DNA of 57,510 nucleotides, taken from assembly GCA_947485745.1 (NCBI GenBank), contig CANKQY010000006.1, forward strand, positions 1 to 57,510, in the 5' to 3' direction. Positions 1 to 10,317 of this stretch are shown here, one piece after another (position 1 is the stretch's first letter; every line of letters starts with the position of its first letter). Both the position numbers and the translations under genes were made by a program. The notes under the pieces are model-generated. The model made no database searches. It had not been told where the DNA came from and saw only the letters and a program-made list of their open reading frames with translations. The stretch comes from Bacteroidota bacterium. GTDB taxonomy: Bacteria; Bacteroidota; Bacteroidia; UKL13-3.

Positions 1-165
1 GCTCACCATGACGTAGAGGTACAAATGAACATTTGTAAGCCTGGGTCGCGTTGAGCCCGTCAAACCAATAAAAAAAACCTTGGTCCACAACGTCATGGTG
101 AGCCTGTCGAACCACAACGTCATGGTGAGCCCGTCGAACCATAGCGTCATGGTGAGCCTGTCGAA
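1..165. repeat. CGTC-tagged REP-like cluster: three tandem 27-bp units (85-111, 112-138, 139-165) plus a truncated inverted copy at 1-13
   Basis: Unit CCACAACGTCATGGTGAGCCTGTCGAA repeated three times with 1-2 substitutions; GCTCACCATGACG at 1-13 is the reverse complement of CGTCATGGTGAGC. Confidence 0.9.
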
Positions 166-603
166 CTATTCTTCAGTAACAACCACCTTGGTCATCACAT
201 CTCCTTGACGGATATCATCTATCACATCTATACCATCAACAACTTTTCCAAAGCAGGTATGGTTGCGGTCTAAATGTGCGGTATTGTTTCTGCTATGGCA
301 AATAAAGAATTGTGAACCACCTGTATTTCTTCCAGCATGAGCCATTGACAGAACGCCACGGTCATGGTATTGATTTTCACCTGTTAACTCACAGTCGATT
401 TTATAACCCGGACCACCAGCGCCAGTGCCAGTTGGATCGCCACCTTGGATAACAAAATCAGGTAGTACTCGGTGAAAAGTTACGCCATCGTAAAAGCCTT
501 TTTTAGCTAAAGATAAAAAATTTGCAACTGTTTTTGGTGCATCTTTATCATAGAATTCAATTTTCATAACACCTTTGGCGGTGTGAATTTCTGCTTTACT
601 CAT
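166..603 (-). CDS. Cyclophilin-type peptidyl-prolyl cis-trans isomerase
   Basis: [27 protein letters not shown] and HLD..HT.FG.V motifs. Confidence 0.97.
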   Translation of the reverse strand: MSKAEIHTAKGVMKIEFYDKDAPKTVANFLSLAKKGFYDGVTFHRVLPDFVIQGGDPTGTGAGGPGYKIDCELTGENQYHDRGVLSMAHAGRNTGGSQFFICHSRNNTAHLDRNHTCFGKVVDGIDVIDDIRQGDVMTKVVVTEE

Positions 604-636
604 TATTATTTTTGTTTAAGTGATAGTTGTTTTAAT

Positions 637-671
637 AAAAAATGCCGATTCGCTAGTGCAAATCGGCATTT
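637..671 (-). terminator. Intrinsic terminator downstream of atpG
   Basis: 11-bp stem AAATGCCGATT/AATCGGCATTT ending in a T-run on the minus strand. Confidence 0.8.
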
Positions 672-690
672 AAATTGGTTGTTATATAGA

Positions 691-1563
691 TTAAGAACCA
701 CTCAATGCAGCTGCACCACCCACAATTTCTGAAATCTCTGTTGTGATAGCACTCTGACGAGCACGGTTATATTCTAATTTCAAGGCTTTAATCAATTCAC
801 CAGCATTGTCTGTTGCTTTATCCATGGCAATCATACGAGCACCATGCTCTGAGGCAAATGAATCTAAGAGGCTTTTGAAAATTTGTGTTTTCAAAATTCT
901 AGGAATCAATGTCTCTAAAATCTCTGCTTTACCCGGCTCATAAATAAAATCATTCTTACTAGTATTCCCTACAACTGGCTTTGAAACAATTGGCAAGAAA
1001 GGTTCATTCACTAAAATTTGGGTTGCTGCATTTTTAAATTGGTTGTAAACCACTTCCACTTTATCAAATTTACCCGCTTTAAATTGGTTCAAAACGTACT
1101 CTCCAATTGCAAAACCTGTTTCAGCATTTAAGTGATGATAAGTATCTTTAAAATCAGGAATTATACTTAAGTCGGTTTTGGCATAAAATTCAAATGCTTT
1201 TCTACCAATAGCTAAGATGGTAACTTTTTTACCAGCATACTCCCCTTTTATTAAACTATTGGTTAGCTTGATAACATTGGCATTAAAACCTCCACACAAT
1301 CCCCTATCTGATGTAATTACAACAAGCAACACATTGCTTATAGGGCGGCGTTGGTGAAAAAACACTTTCAATGAATCTACATCCATCGAATCTGAAAGGT
1401 TAGCTAAAATACCATTCAATTTTTGAGCATAAGGTCTCATTTGAATGATGGCATTCTGTGCTTTTCTCAACTTAGTTGAACTCACCAGCTTCATAGCTTT
1501 AGTGATCTGTTGGGTTGAGCCTACAGAAGTAATACGAATTCGAACTTCTTTTAAATTAGCCAT
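691..1563 (-). CDS. atpG: F1 ATP synthase gamma subunit
   Basis: QITKAMKLVS, SDRGLCGGFN, ASEHGARMIAMDKATDNA, RQSAITTEISEIVGGA. Confidence 0.99.
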   Translation of the reverse strand: MANLKEVRIRITSVGSTQQITKAMKLVSSTKLRKAQNAIIQMRPYAQKLNGILANLSDSMDVDSLKVFFHQRRPISNVLLVVITSDRGLCGGFNANVIKLTNSLIKGEYAGKKVTILAIGRKAFEFYAKTDLSIIPDFKDTYHHLNAETGFAIGEYVLNQFKAGKFDKVEVVYNQFKNAATQILVNEPFLPIVSKPVVGNTSKNDFIYEPGKAEILETLIPRILKTQIFKSLLDSFASEHGARMIAMDKATDNAGELIKALKLEYNRARQSAITTEISEIVGGAAALSGS

Positions 1564-1587
1564 TTTTTAATATACCCTACCGGTTGA

Positions 1588-3168
1588 TTAAGCGCTATAT
1601 TTTGCAGTTAGGTCTTTAGCAACAGCCTCTAAAACGCTGGTTACATCATCTCCAATGCCACCTTTTTTAATGGCATCCAAAACTGCTTTGTGTTTATTTT
1701 CTAGGAAATTTAGGAACTCAGCTTCAAACTCACGAATTTTATTTACAGGTACTTTAGATAATAAACCTTTGGTTCCAAGATAAATAATTGCAGTTTGCTC
1801 TTCCACTCTTAGTGGTGAAAACTGACCTTGCTTCAAAATTTCTACGTTACGGGCACCTTTTGCCAATACAGATTTAGTAACAGCATCTAGGTCTGAACCA
1901 AACTTTGAAAAAGCTTCCAATTCGCGGTATTGTGCTTGGTCTAACTTTAAAGTACCAGCAACCTTTTTCATAGATTTAATCTGAGCATTACCACCCACAC
2001 GAGATACCGAGATACCCACGTTAATTGCGGGACGGATACCAGAGTTAAACAAGTTAGCCTCCAAAAATATCTGACCATCAGTAATAGAAATTACGTTAGT
2101 TGGAATATAAGCAGATACATCGCCAGCTTGTGTTTCAATAATTGGTAATGCTGTTAAAGAACCACCGCCTTTTACTAAATGTTTGATTGACGGCGGTAGG
2201 TCGTTCATTTGCTGAGCAATTGAATCGGTACCAATAATCTTTGCAGCTCTTTCTAGTAAACGACTATGCAAATAAAACACATCTCCGGGATATGCTTCAC
2301 GTCCTGGTGGTCTTCTAAGTAATAAAGAAACCTCACGGTAAGCAACTGCTTGCTTTGATAAATCATCATAGATAACTAAAGCTGGGCGGCCAGTATCGCG
2401 GATAAACTCACCAATTGCAGCACCCGCCATTGGAGCAAAGAATTGCATTGGAGCAGGATCTGAAGAAGTAGCAGAAACAATAACGGTATAAGCCATTGCA
2501 CCACGTTCTTCTAAAGTTTTTAATACTTGCGCAACAGTAGAAGCTTTCTGACCACAAGCTACGTATATGCAATATACAGGGTTACCTGCATCATAAAATT
2601 CTTTTTGATTGATAATGGTATCAATACAAACTGCAGTTTTACCAGTTTGGCGATCACCAATAACCAATTCGCGTTGACCACGACCAATAGGAATCATGGC
2701 ATCAATGGCCTTGATACCTGTTTGCAATGGTTCTTTTACTGGTTCGCGATAGATAACACCAGGAGCTTTGCGCTCTAAAGGCATTTCATATAATTCGCCA
2801 GCAATTGGGCCTTTACCATCTATTGGCTTGCCCAAAGTGTTAATAACACGACCCATCAATCCTTCTCCTACTTTAATAGAAGCGATACGACCAGTACGTT
2901 TTACTGTATCCCCTTCAATAATCTGCTCAGCAGAACCTAATAACACCGCTCCCACGTTGTCTTCCTCTAGGTTCAAAACAATGCCTTGCACACCATTTGC
3001 AAATTCAATCAGCTCACCCGACTGAACTTTAGTTAATCCATAGATACGTGCGATACCATCACCCACTTGGAGTACGGTTCCCACTTCTTCTAGTTCGGTC
3101 TCAGACTTAAAATTGCTTAATTGCTCTCTTATAATTGCTGATACCTCATCAGGCCTAATTTCTACCAT
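1588..3168 (-). CDS. atpA: F1 ATP synthase alpha subunit
   Basis: [10 protein letters not shown], Walker [31 protein letters not shown]. Confidence 0.99.
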   Translation of the reverse strand: MVEIRPDEVSAIIREQLSNFKSETELEEVGTVLQVGDGIARIYGLTKVQSGELIEFANGVQGIVLNLEEDNVGAVLLGSAEQIIEGDTVKRTGRIASIKVGEGLMGRVINTLGKPIDGKGPIAGELYEMPLERKAPGVIYREPVKEPLQTGIKAIDAMIPIGRGQRELVIGDRQTGKTAVCIDTIINQKEFYDAGNPVYCIYVACGQKASTVAQVLKTLEERGAMAYTVIVSATSSDPAPMQFFAPMAGAAIGEFIRDTGRPALVIYDDLSKQAVAYREVSLLLRRPPGREAYPGDVFYLHSRLLERAAKIIGTDSIAQQMNDLPPSIKHLVKGGGSLTALPIIETQAGDVSAYIPTNVISITDGQIFLEANLFNSGIRPAINVGISVSRVGGNAQIKSMKKVAGTLKLDQAQYRELEAFSKFGSDLDAVTKSVLAKGARNVEILKQGQFSPLRVEEQTAIIYLGTKGLLSKVPVNKIREFEAEFLNFLENKHKAVLDAIKKGGIGDDVTSVLEAVAKDLTAKYSA

Positions 3169-3177
3169 AATGAAACG

Positions 3178-3729
3178 TTATTTTGAAATGTAAGTATTTA
3201 ATAATTTATGTTTTGCTTTCCTAAGCTTTCCAGAAATGCTGGCATCATAAAGTTTATCTTCCATCTGTATTATCAGACCTCCAATAATTTCAGTATCTAC
3301 CGTAGTTTCAAGGATTACTTTTTTACCAGTTTGTTTTTCAAGAAATGATTTTACCTCATCAATAACTTTGCTACTAACAGTAACAGCAGTTTTAACTTTT
3401 GCGGTGGTAATTTTATTGATAACATTATACTGCGCAATGAAAGCATTGGCAATATCCAGTAAATAATATTCGCGTTTTTTATCGATAACAATTTCGAAAA
3501 ATGAAATCGTAAGTTTATTAAAGGAAGCACCAAATATTTGTTTCAGGATGGTCAATTTCTTGTCGCCTTTAACAATTGGATTTCTAAACAAACTTTCCAA
3601 TGCGTGATTTTGTTCAATCGCAGCCTTGAACGCCAAAATATCGGCATTGATCGCCTCGAGCAAGTTTTGCTTAATCGAAAGATCGATCAGTGATTTGGCA
3701 TACCTGCCGGATACTCTTTGTTCAGACAT
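3178..3729 (-). CDS. atpH: F1 ATP synthase delta subunit
   Basis: RYAKSL N-terminus, IIGGLIIQ..DKLYDASI C-terminus, operon position. Confidence 0.97.
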   Translation of the reverse strand: MSEQRVSGRYAKSLIDLSIKQNLLEAINADILAFKAAIEQNHALESLFRNPIVKGDKKLTILKQIFGASFNKLTISFFEIVIDKKREYYLLDIANAFIAQYNVINKITTAKVKTAVTVSSKVIDEVKSFLEKQTGKKVILETTVDTEIIGGLIIQMEDKLYDASISGKLRKAKHKLLNTYISK

Positions 3730-3730
3730 G

Positions 3731-4225
3731 TTAATTTAAAGTGATTGATTTTAAATTTTCGTTTACGAAAGACTCTTGCTGAGCACGGTCCTCCATTTTC
3801 TTGCGCAAAACCTTTTCGGCTAAGTCAACCGAAAGCACAGCAACTTGAGTTTTCAACTCATTTAATGCTTTAATTTTGGCGGATTCAATAGATTCGTTGG
3901 CCTTGGCAATAATTTTTCGACCTTCTTCATCGGCAGATTTTTTTGCTTGGGCAATGATATTTTCTTTGATATCATTGGCTTCCTTCAGCATTAAATCGCG
4001 CTCAGCACGTGCTTGGTTCAAGAGTTTTTCGTTATCTGCCTTTAATGCACTCATTTGAACACGAGCTTCTTCAGCGGAATTCAAAGCATTATTGATTGAT
4101 TCTTCTCTCTCTCTAATCGAATTTAAGATAGGCTTCCAGGCAAATTTTGATAAGATAAACAATACGATACTAAACGTAATGGTCATCCAAAAAAGTAGTC
4201 CTAAACCAGGTTTTACTAATTCCAT
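3731..4225 (-). CDS. atpF: F0 ATP synthase subunit b
   Basis: N-terminal TM helix, KFAWKPIL..I.ERE, long coiled coil. Confidence 0.97.
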   Translation of the reverse strand: MELVKPGLGLLFWMTITFSIVLFILSKFAWKPILNSIREREESINNALNSAEEARVQMSALKADNEKLLNQARAERDLMLKEANDIKENIIAQAKKSADEEGRKIIAKANESIESAKIKALNELKTQVAVLSVDLAEKVLRKKMEDRAQQESFVNENLKSITLN

Positions 4226-4267
4226 GCTATTTTATTTTTAATGAATAATGGGTAATAGTGATACAAT

Positions 4268-4306
4268 AATTAGAACACAAAAGGTAAAACCCTCTGTGTT
4301 CTAATT
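4268..4306 (-). promoter_or_regulatory. Stem-loop between atpE and atpF
   Basis: 12-bp inverted repeat AATTAGAACACA/TGTGTTCTAATT just downstream of the atpE stop. Confidence 0.6.
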
Positions 4307-4316
4307 GGTATTACGA

Positions 4317-4607
<291 letters not shown>

Positions 4608-5798
4608 TTAATGATGTTCTTCGTGAGCATGCTCTTCTACTGCTGAACCAAAATACAAAGCAGAAAGCAAAGTGAATACATAAGCTTGCAGGAATGCAAC
4701 AAGCAATTCAAGGAAATTCATAAAGGTTGTAAAGGCTACAGATAAAACTGAAACTCCTAAGCCCAAACTTGTGTTAATAGCACCAAAAATGAATATTAAA
4801 CTAAGGAATCCTAAAATGATAATATGGCCTGCTGTGATATTAGCGAACAAACGTATCATTAGTACAATTGGTTTGTTTAACATACCAATGATTTCAATTG
4901 GTATCAATAATATCCATAATCCTTTGGGAACTCCCGGTGGCATAAAAATATGACCCCAGTAGCTTTTATTACCGTTTACCGAAGTGATAACGAATGTAAA
5001 CAAAGCTAATACCATAGTAACTGCAATATTACCAGTTACATTGGCTCCACCCGGAAAAAATGGGATCAAACCGAATAAATTATTGATAAATATGAAAAAA
5101 AATATGGTTAATAAATATGGCAAGAACTTAGCATATTTGGGTCCAATGGAAGGTTTTGCTATTTCATCTCTGATGAAAATGATTAAAGTTTCAATCAAAT
5201 TGGCCAGACCTTTAGGCGCTTTACCTTTATTTTTATTATAACGATTGGCAACAGATAGCATGATCCAACACAAGAAAAATACTGAGATAAATAAACTCGC
5301 AACATTTTTAGTAATGGATAAATCATAAAATGAAGCTTCTTGGTTGATGCTGCCATCGGCATTTACTGCCACAATTTTACCTTCTTCTAATCTGTAACCT
5401 TCATAAGTTTCATGACCATGCTCAAATTTTGAGGAAAGAAAAGCCTTCACACCGGAATCATCCTTAATAATGATTGGAAGTGGAATAGAAATATGCGTAT
5501 GACCGATGGTTGCTATATGCCAATCATGCGCATCTGCAATATGTTCCATGATTAATTTACCTGCATCTAATTTTCCGTTTTCTGCTCCAACAACTTCATG
5601 TTTATTAGCATCATGTGCAGTAGCACCATGATTTTCTAACTGAGCGTGAGCACTTTCTGCAGCCAATGAATTAGTATCAACCTCTGCATGATGCTCCTGC
5701 CCTAAAACTGAATAACTGGTGTAGGCTACACAAATTAACAACAAAAATACCGGGATTAAATACTTGGAAATCTTTCTTTTATTTGGCTGCATGAACAA
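4608..5798 (-). CDS. atpB: F0 ATP synthase subunit a with long N-terminal extension
   Basis: IRLFANITAGH, LELLVAFLQAYVFTLLS. Confidence 0.98.
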   Translation of the reverse strand: MFMQPNKRKISKYLIPVFLLLICVAYTSYSVLGQEHHAEVDTNSLAAESAHAQLENHGATAHDANKHEVVGAENGKLDAGKLIMEHIADAHDWHIATIGHTHISIPLPIIIKDDSGVKAFLSSKFEHGHETYEGYRLEEGKIVAVNADGSINQEASFYDLSITKNVASLFISVFFLCWIMLSVANRYNKNKGKAPKGLANLIETLIIFIRDEIAKPSIGPKYAKFLPYLLTIFFFIFINNLFGLIPFFPGGANVTGNIAVTMVLALFTFVITSVNGNKSYWGHIFMPPGVPKGLWILLIPIEIIGMLNKPIVLMIRLFANITAGHIIILGFLSLIFIFGAINTSLGLGVSVLSVAFTTFMNFLELLVAFLQAYVFTLLSALYFGSAVEEHAHEEHH

Positions 5799-5800
5799 TG

Positions 5801-6223
5801 TTATTTCTTTGAATCGGGGCGCAAGTTAACAACTAGGTAATAAATTTCAAAAGCTGTGTAAAAGAAATATAATAAAAGATACACAACTACAAAGGATAAC
5901 TCGCGGATTGGTGAAAAAATTAGATAAATAAAAAGCGGGAAAATGGAAAAGATAAATCGTATTCCAATTGCACTGTAGGTTCTAGTTATAAATGTTTTAT
6001 TGTCTTTTGGCAACCCCGAATTGGTTATTTTATAAGTGAACAATGTGAGCATTAAAAAATAAACTAAGGCAATCCAAACAAAATTATTTAATAAAATACT
6101 ATTTTGAAATTGTTGAAAACAAAAAATCAAAACAGCCATCACCAAGGTGTAGATTGATAGGCTTAAATAAAATTTATTTTTAATTATTTTCAAAATTTTA
6201 CACTGTAAATAACTGTAAATCAA
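5801..6223 (-). CDS. Four-TM membrane protein in the AtpI position (start codon uncertain)
   Basis: About four hydrophobic segments; lies immediately upstream of atpB. Confidence 0.7.
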   Translation of the reverse strand: MIYSYLQCKILKIIKNKFYLSLSIYTLVMAVLIFCFQQFQNSILLNNFVWIALVYFLMLTLFTYKITNSGLPKDNKTFITRTYSAIGIRFIFSIFPLFIYLIFSPIRELSFVVVYLLLYFFYTAFEIYYLVVNLRPDSKK

Positions 6224-6269
6224 TAGATAAATGTTCTTTTATCTAGAGACAATTATTTTTTTGGTGGCA

Positions 6270-6277
6270 CAAAAGTA
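6270..6277 (-). promoter_or_regulatory. Bacteroidota sigma-A -7 element upstream of the atp operon
   Basis: TACTTTTG on the minus strand matches TAnnTTTG. Confidence 0.55.
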
Positions 6278-6310
6278 CTCATTAATTTGAAATAATAAGT
6301 ACCAAATTAA

Positions 6311-6526
6311 TTATTTTTTAAGAAAATCTCTGATAGCCAGATATAAAGAAGCAAAAATAGAAAATAAAACTCCAATAAGGGTAAAAATGGGGAATTTAAA
6401 CTGAAAATATTCGTCGGTGTATTTTCCACCTAAACTACCTGCAACAATTACTACAATCATTTGAGCAGCTTGGGAGCTATACTTTAGCAGGTGGTTAGGC
6501 TGTGGCTTGTTCTCTGGTGGTTTCAC
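6311..6526 (-). CDS. AtpZ/AtpI-family small membrane protein
   Basis: Two TM helices with G...G.Y.D..F...P pattern; position upstream of the atp genes; GTG start. Confidence 0.85.
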   Translation of the reverse strand: MKPPENKPQPNHLLKYSSQAAQMIVVIVAGSLGGKYTDEYFQFKFPIFTLIGVLFSIFASLYLAIRDFLKK

Positions 6527-6956
6527 TTAAAACAGGGGCTTTAGTATCTAAGGGTTTGCCTATTTTACCATTTTTATAATCTCCAAGGCCAATTGCCACA
6601 CCTGTACTCATGGTACTTTTTCCATTGAACTCAGCACCAGCCTCAATTATTAACTTGTTACAAGAAATATCACCCATAATTTTTGCTGAAGCCTTAATTG
6701 TTAATAGCTCAGAAACAAAAATATTGCCAATTACGCTTCCTGAAACATCGCAATTAATGGCTTTAATATTTCCTTCAACATTGGCTGAGGTGCCTAATAC
6801 CAGTTTAGCTTTAACATCAATATTTCCTTTTAGGTTACCATCTATTCGTAAATCCCCTTCAGAACTTAAATCCCCTTGGATTCTAGTACCAGCATTTAAA
6901 ATATTAATCTCTTGCGGATTAAAGGTGTTGTTCTTAGAAGGTTTAAAAATTGCCAT
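6495..6956 (-). CDS. Bactofilin (polymer-forming cytoskeletal protein)
   Basis: GTRIQGDL...GDLRIDG...GNI beta-helix repeats; LIIEAGAEFNG. Confidence 0.95.
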   Translation of the reverse strand: MAIFKPSKNNTFNPQEINILNAGTRIQGDLSSEGDLRIDGNLKGNIDVKAKLVLGTSANVEGNIKAINCDVSGSVIGNIFVSELLTIKASAKIMGDISCNKLIIEAGAEFNGKSTMSTGVAIGLGDYKNGKIGKPLDTKAPVLSETTREQATA

Positions 6957-7212
6957 ATTTCAATTTATTAATAATACTATCTATTAGGTTCTAGGAATCC
7001 TTCTTACCGAAATAAAAATTAAGGCAAGTAAGTTAATCCTGAGGCCTGCAAAAATTAAAAACATTTATCTATTGTAACAAATGTACCAATTTTTTTAAAA
7101 TAATTGAATTCTTCTGCGAAATACTCCCAAGAATTCTAAATAAGCAGCATTTCAGCACTATTTAACAAATATTTATATTCAAAAGTACAGTAAATAACAT
7201 AAAAAAAATGCT

Positions 7213-7578
7213 TTAGGGAGCTTTTGATAGGCTATCATTTAAACCCTCACCACCATTAACTATATTAATAATATTCTTGTAATAGAGCTCTTTAGCAACC
7301 AAAGCCTGCTCCATTGAATCTGTTTTATACAATAATTCCTGTAAGTTTCGTTTGGTTTTTGAATCAGTATATCCCGGAACATATTCTCGCAAAGAAGTAT
7401 AAAAAATGAGGGTTATTATGAGAATTGCAAATAAAACAACGGCAGAACTAAAACCAATAAAAACGTTCATAGGAGTTAGTTTGAAAGAAAGTTTCTCCTC
7501 AAACGACTCATCATTGATTAGTACTAATTTGTATTTATACCGCAGCTTGTGAATTAATTTTTTCTTTGGCTGATCCAT
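7213..7578 (-). CDS. Membrane protein resembling the N-terminal half of Bacteroidota M23 peptidases, without a catalytic domain
   Basis: KYKLVLIN.ESFEE..SF.L, one TM helix, T.LREY.PGY, coiled coil; no HxxxD or HxH. Confidence 0.7.
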   Translation of the reverse strand: MDQPKKKLIHKLRYKYKLVLINDESFEEKLSFKLTPMNVFIGFSSAVVLFAILIITLIFYTSLREYVPGYTDSKTKRNLQELLYKTDSMEQALVAKELYYKNIINIVNGGEGLNDSLSKAP

Positions 7579-7629
7579 AAGTATAGACGAATTAAAAAAG
7601 TTTTGGTTAAAATTGTACGATTAATAATT

Positions 7630-7637
7630 CAAAGATA
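7630..7637 (-). promoter_or_regulatory. Sigma-A -7 element for the 7213-7578 gene
   Basis: TATCTTTG on the minus strand. Confidence 0.5.
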
Positions 7638-7656
7638 AGTAAATTCAACGTCTCCA

Positions 7657-10317
7657 TTGTACAAGAACCATAACATCTTATTTCCGATCCTTTTAGGTAC
7701 TATTTTAATATTTGCCTGTAGTCCTACCAAAGACAAATGGTTGAACCGAAATTTCCACACCCTCACTGGTCATTATAATGTTTATTTTAATGGTGAGCAA
7801 AAGCTGTTAAATGCAATTGCTCAAATTGAAAATAGCCATGTTAATAATTTTGATAGAGTTTTAGATATATTTCCATTAGGAACAACTGAAACAGCCAAAT
7901 CTGCAGGTAATATTATTGATGAAGCCATAAAGAAGTTTTCTAAAACAATTCAAATGCATGCCATTGGTTCGTTTACCGATGATTCCTATTTTGCCATGGG
8001 AAAATGCAGGTTTTACAAGCAAGATTATTTTAGCTCTATTGAAACATTTCAATACGTAATTGGAAAATATAAAAATGGCGAATACAACGATGCAAGCGCT
8101 TGTTGGATTGCTAGGAATTATGTTGGAATGAATAAACTAGGCGAGGCTGAAGCATTAATGGGTTTGCTCCTTGCAAAAAAAGATTTAAAAATGAACGATA
8201 TCGGCTTAATTTATGCTACAGCCGCTGATATCAATATTAAACAAGAAAAATATACTGCTGCACTCGACAATTTAAACCTTGCCTTAAAGGGGAAATTAAA
8301 GAAAGATCAAAAAATTAGGTACCATTATATATTGGGTCAACTTTGCCTATTAAGCAATCGCAAACCAGAAGCTAGCTATCATTTTAACAAGGTAATTTCA
8401 TATATTCCTCCATACGAATTCGCATTCAATGCCAATATTAGTCTTACCAGAATTTATGATGTGAACGACCTGCGGTCTATTAGAAAGGTGAAAAAGAATT
8501 TGAAAAAAATGGCTACAGATGAAAAAAATATTGATTATTTAGACCAAATTTATTTTGAATTAGGTAAGATAGATTTAGCTATAAAAAACTACCCTGAGGC
8601 CATTAACAACTTTAAAAAATCTGTAGCCTATAATAGTAAAAATAAGAATCAAAAAGGATTAAGCTATTATGAATTGGCCAAATTGTATTTCGATCAAAAA
8701 GAATTCAAAAATGCACAAGCATATTACGACAGTACCGTTCAAAACATTGACCAAAAAAACAAACAATACAATCAAATAAAAGAAATAAAAGTGGTTTTAT
8801 CTGATTTGATCAATAACTTACTTGTTTATGAAACAGAGGATTCATTGCAAAGGCTAGCCATGCTTAGTAAAGATGAAATTGATAGAAAAGTAACTGCTTG
8901 GAATATAGAAGAAAAAAGGAAACAAGATTTAATGGCTAAAGAGGCGAAGAAAAATGCAAAAGCAAAGTCAAGTGCTGCCAACAACATCAGTATCATTCCT
9001 ACTGGGCAAACTTCATTGCCTGGATCAGGCGATAATTCTTGGTATTTTTACAACACCAATTTAGTAAACACTGGTGCAGCAGAATTCTTTTCAAATAAAA
9101 AATGGGGCCAAAGACAAAATGAAGATTATTGGAGGTTTGCTGCTAAAGAAAAGTCAAGAGTTGAAACACCAAATTACATAAAAGATAGCCTAGCAAGTAA
9201 CAATGCTGCAAATGGAAAAAATGGTGTTGAAATTAAACCTGAACCTAATCAAGTTGCTTTGTCAGGAGATGCAGAAAAAGATAAATGGATCAAGAATATT
9301 CCATTAACTGTAGCTCAAAAAGAAAGGTCGAATCAAAGGATGTTGGAAGCTTTGCACAATCTTGGCATCATCTATTATTTGCGACTAAAAAATGCTGTAG
9401 AATCCAAAAAATATTTTGGTTTAATGCAAAGTAAATTCCCCCAAAGCGAATATGAACCTGAAGCATTATTTTATTTGTGCAGAAGCAATGCTGATTTAAA
9501 TAACAAACTTGTTGCAGAAGAAAACAAACAAAAATTAATAGCTAATTATCCTACCCACCCACTTAGTTTATTGCTGCAAAACAAAACAGTTCAATCATCT
9601 GAGAATACTAGTAATGAGGAACTACTAGCTGCTTATGAAAAAATGTATAACGCATATGCTATTGGCAATTATCAAGATGCAATGAATTTAAAATCTGAAA
9701 TAGACAAACGCTATCCTGGAAATAACTTAAAGCCTAAAATTGATTTATTATATGCATTCTGTATAGGCAAAACGCAAAACAAAGAAGCCTTTAAAAAAGC
9801 ATTAGAAGAAGTTAGTTCAACGCATAAAGGATTAGATGTTGCAAAAACAGCCGACGATTATTTGGAGATAATTAATAGACAAGATAAAAAAGTAGCCTTT
9901 GCAGGCAAAGATAGCAGTGTAACAGGGTTAGAATTTGACCTTGAAACCGAGACTCCTTTTTATTATGTTTTTGCTATAAAAGACAGTAAAATTGACCTAA
10001 CAGATTTTACTTCTCAGTATGCAAATTTCAATGAAGCCTATTCTGAAGAAAATAATTTAAAAGTCAATGCCATTATGAGTAATGAGGGATTTCAATTAAT
10101 TACTGTTCGCGAATTTCCTAATTATAAAAGTGCCTCTGATTATATAAAAACCTTGCAATCAACCGACTTTAAAAACAAAAAGTTAAAATATTCTTTGGTA
10201 ACACCAGAATATATTATCTCTACCAAAAACTTTAAAAAGGTGCTGAAAGAAAATAAAGTTGAAAAATTTGTTGAATTTTACAAAAACCAAGAAGAACAAC
10301 TTAAACCAAAAAAATGA
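7657..10317 (+). CDS. sprE: T9SS/gliding TPR lipoprotein SprE/PorW
   Basis: Lipobox LIFAC, NRNFHTLT.HYNVYFNG, many TPRs, WYFYN....G..EF...WG.R.NED.WR. Confidence 0.85.
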   Translation: MYKNHNILFPILLGTILIFACSPTKDKWLNRNFHTLTGHYNVYFNGEQKLLNAIAQIENSHVNNFDRVLDIFPLGTTETAKSAGNIIDEAIKKFSKTIQMHAIGSFTDDSYFAMGKCRFYKQDYFSSIETFQYVIGKYKNGEYNDASACWIARNYVGMNKLGEAEALMGLLLAKKDLKMNDIGLIYATAADINIKQEKYTAALDNLNLALKGKLKKDQKIRYHYILGQLCLLSNRKPEASYHFNKVISYIPPYEFAFNANISLTRIYDVNDLRSIRKVKKNLKKMATDEKNIDYLDQIYFELGKIDLAIKNYPEAINNFKKSVAYNSKNKNQKGLSYYELAKLYFDQKEFKNAQAYYDSTVQNIDQKNKQYNQIKEIKVVLSDLINNLLVYETEDSLQRLAMLSKDEIDRKVTAWNIEEKRKQDLMAKEAKKNAKAKSSAANNISIIPTGQTSLPGSGDNSWYFYNTNLVNTGAAEFFSNKKWGQRQNEDYWRFAAKEKSRVETPNYIKDSLASNNAANGKNGVEIKPEPNQVALSGDAEKDKWIKNIPLTVAQKERSNQRMLEALHNLGIIYYLRLKNAVESKKYFGLMQSKFPQSEYEPEALFYLCRSNADLNNKLVAEENKQKLIANYPTHPLSLLLQNKTVQSSENTSNEELLAAYEKMYNAYAIGNYQDAMNLKSEIDKRYPGNNLKPKIDLLYAFCIGKTQNKEAFKKALEEVSSTHKGLDVAKTADDYLEIINRQDKKVAFAGKDSSVTGLEFDLETETPFYYVFAIKDSKIDLTDFTSQYANFNEAYSEENNLKVNAIMSNEGFQLITVREFPNYKSASDYIKTLQSTDFKNKKLKYSLVTPEYIISTKNFKKVLKENKVEKFVEFYKNQEEQLKPKK

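Noticed and set aside
85-165. 27-bp repeats as a CRISPR array
   Set aside because: The units are directly adjacent with no unique spacers, an inverted copy is present, and there are no cas genes
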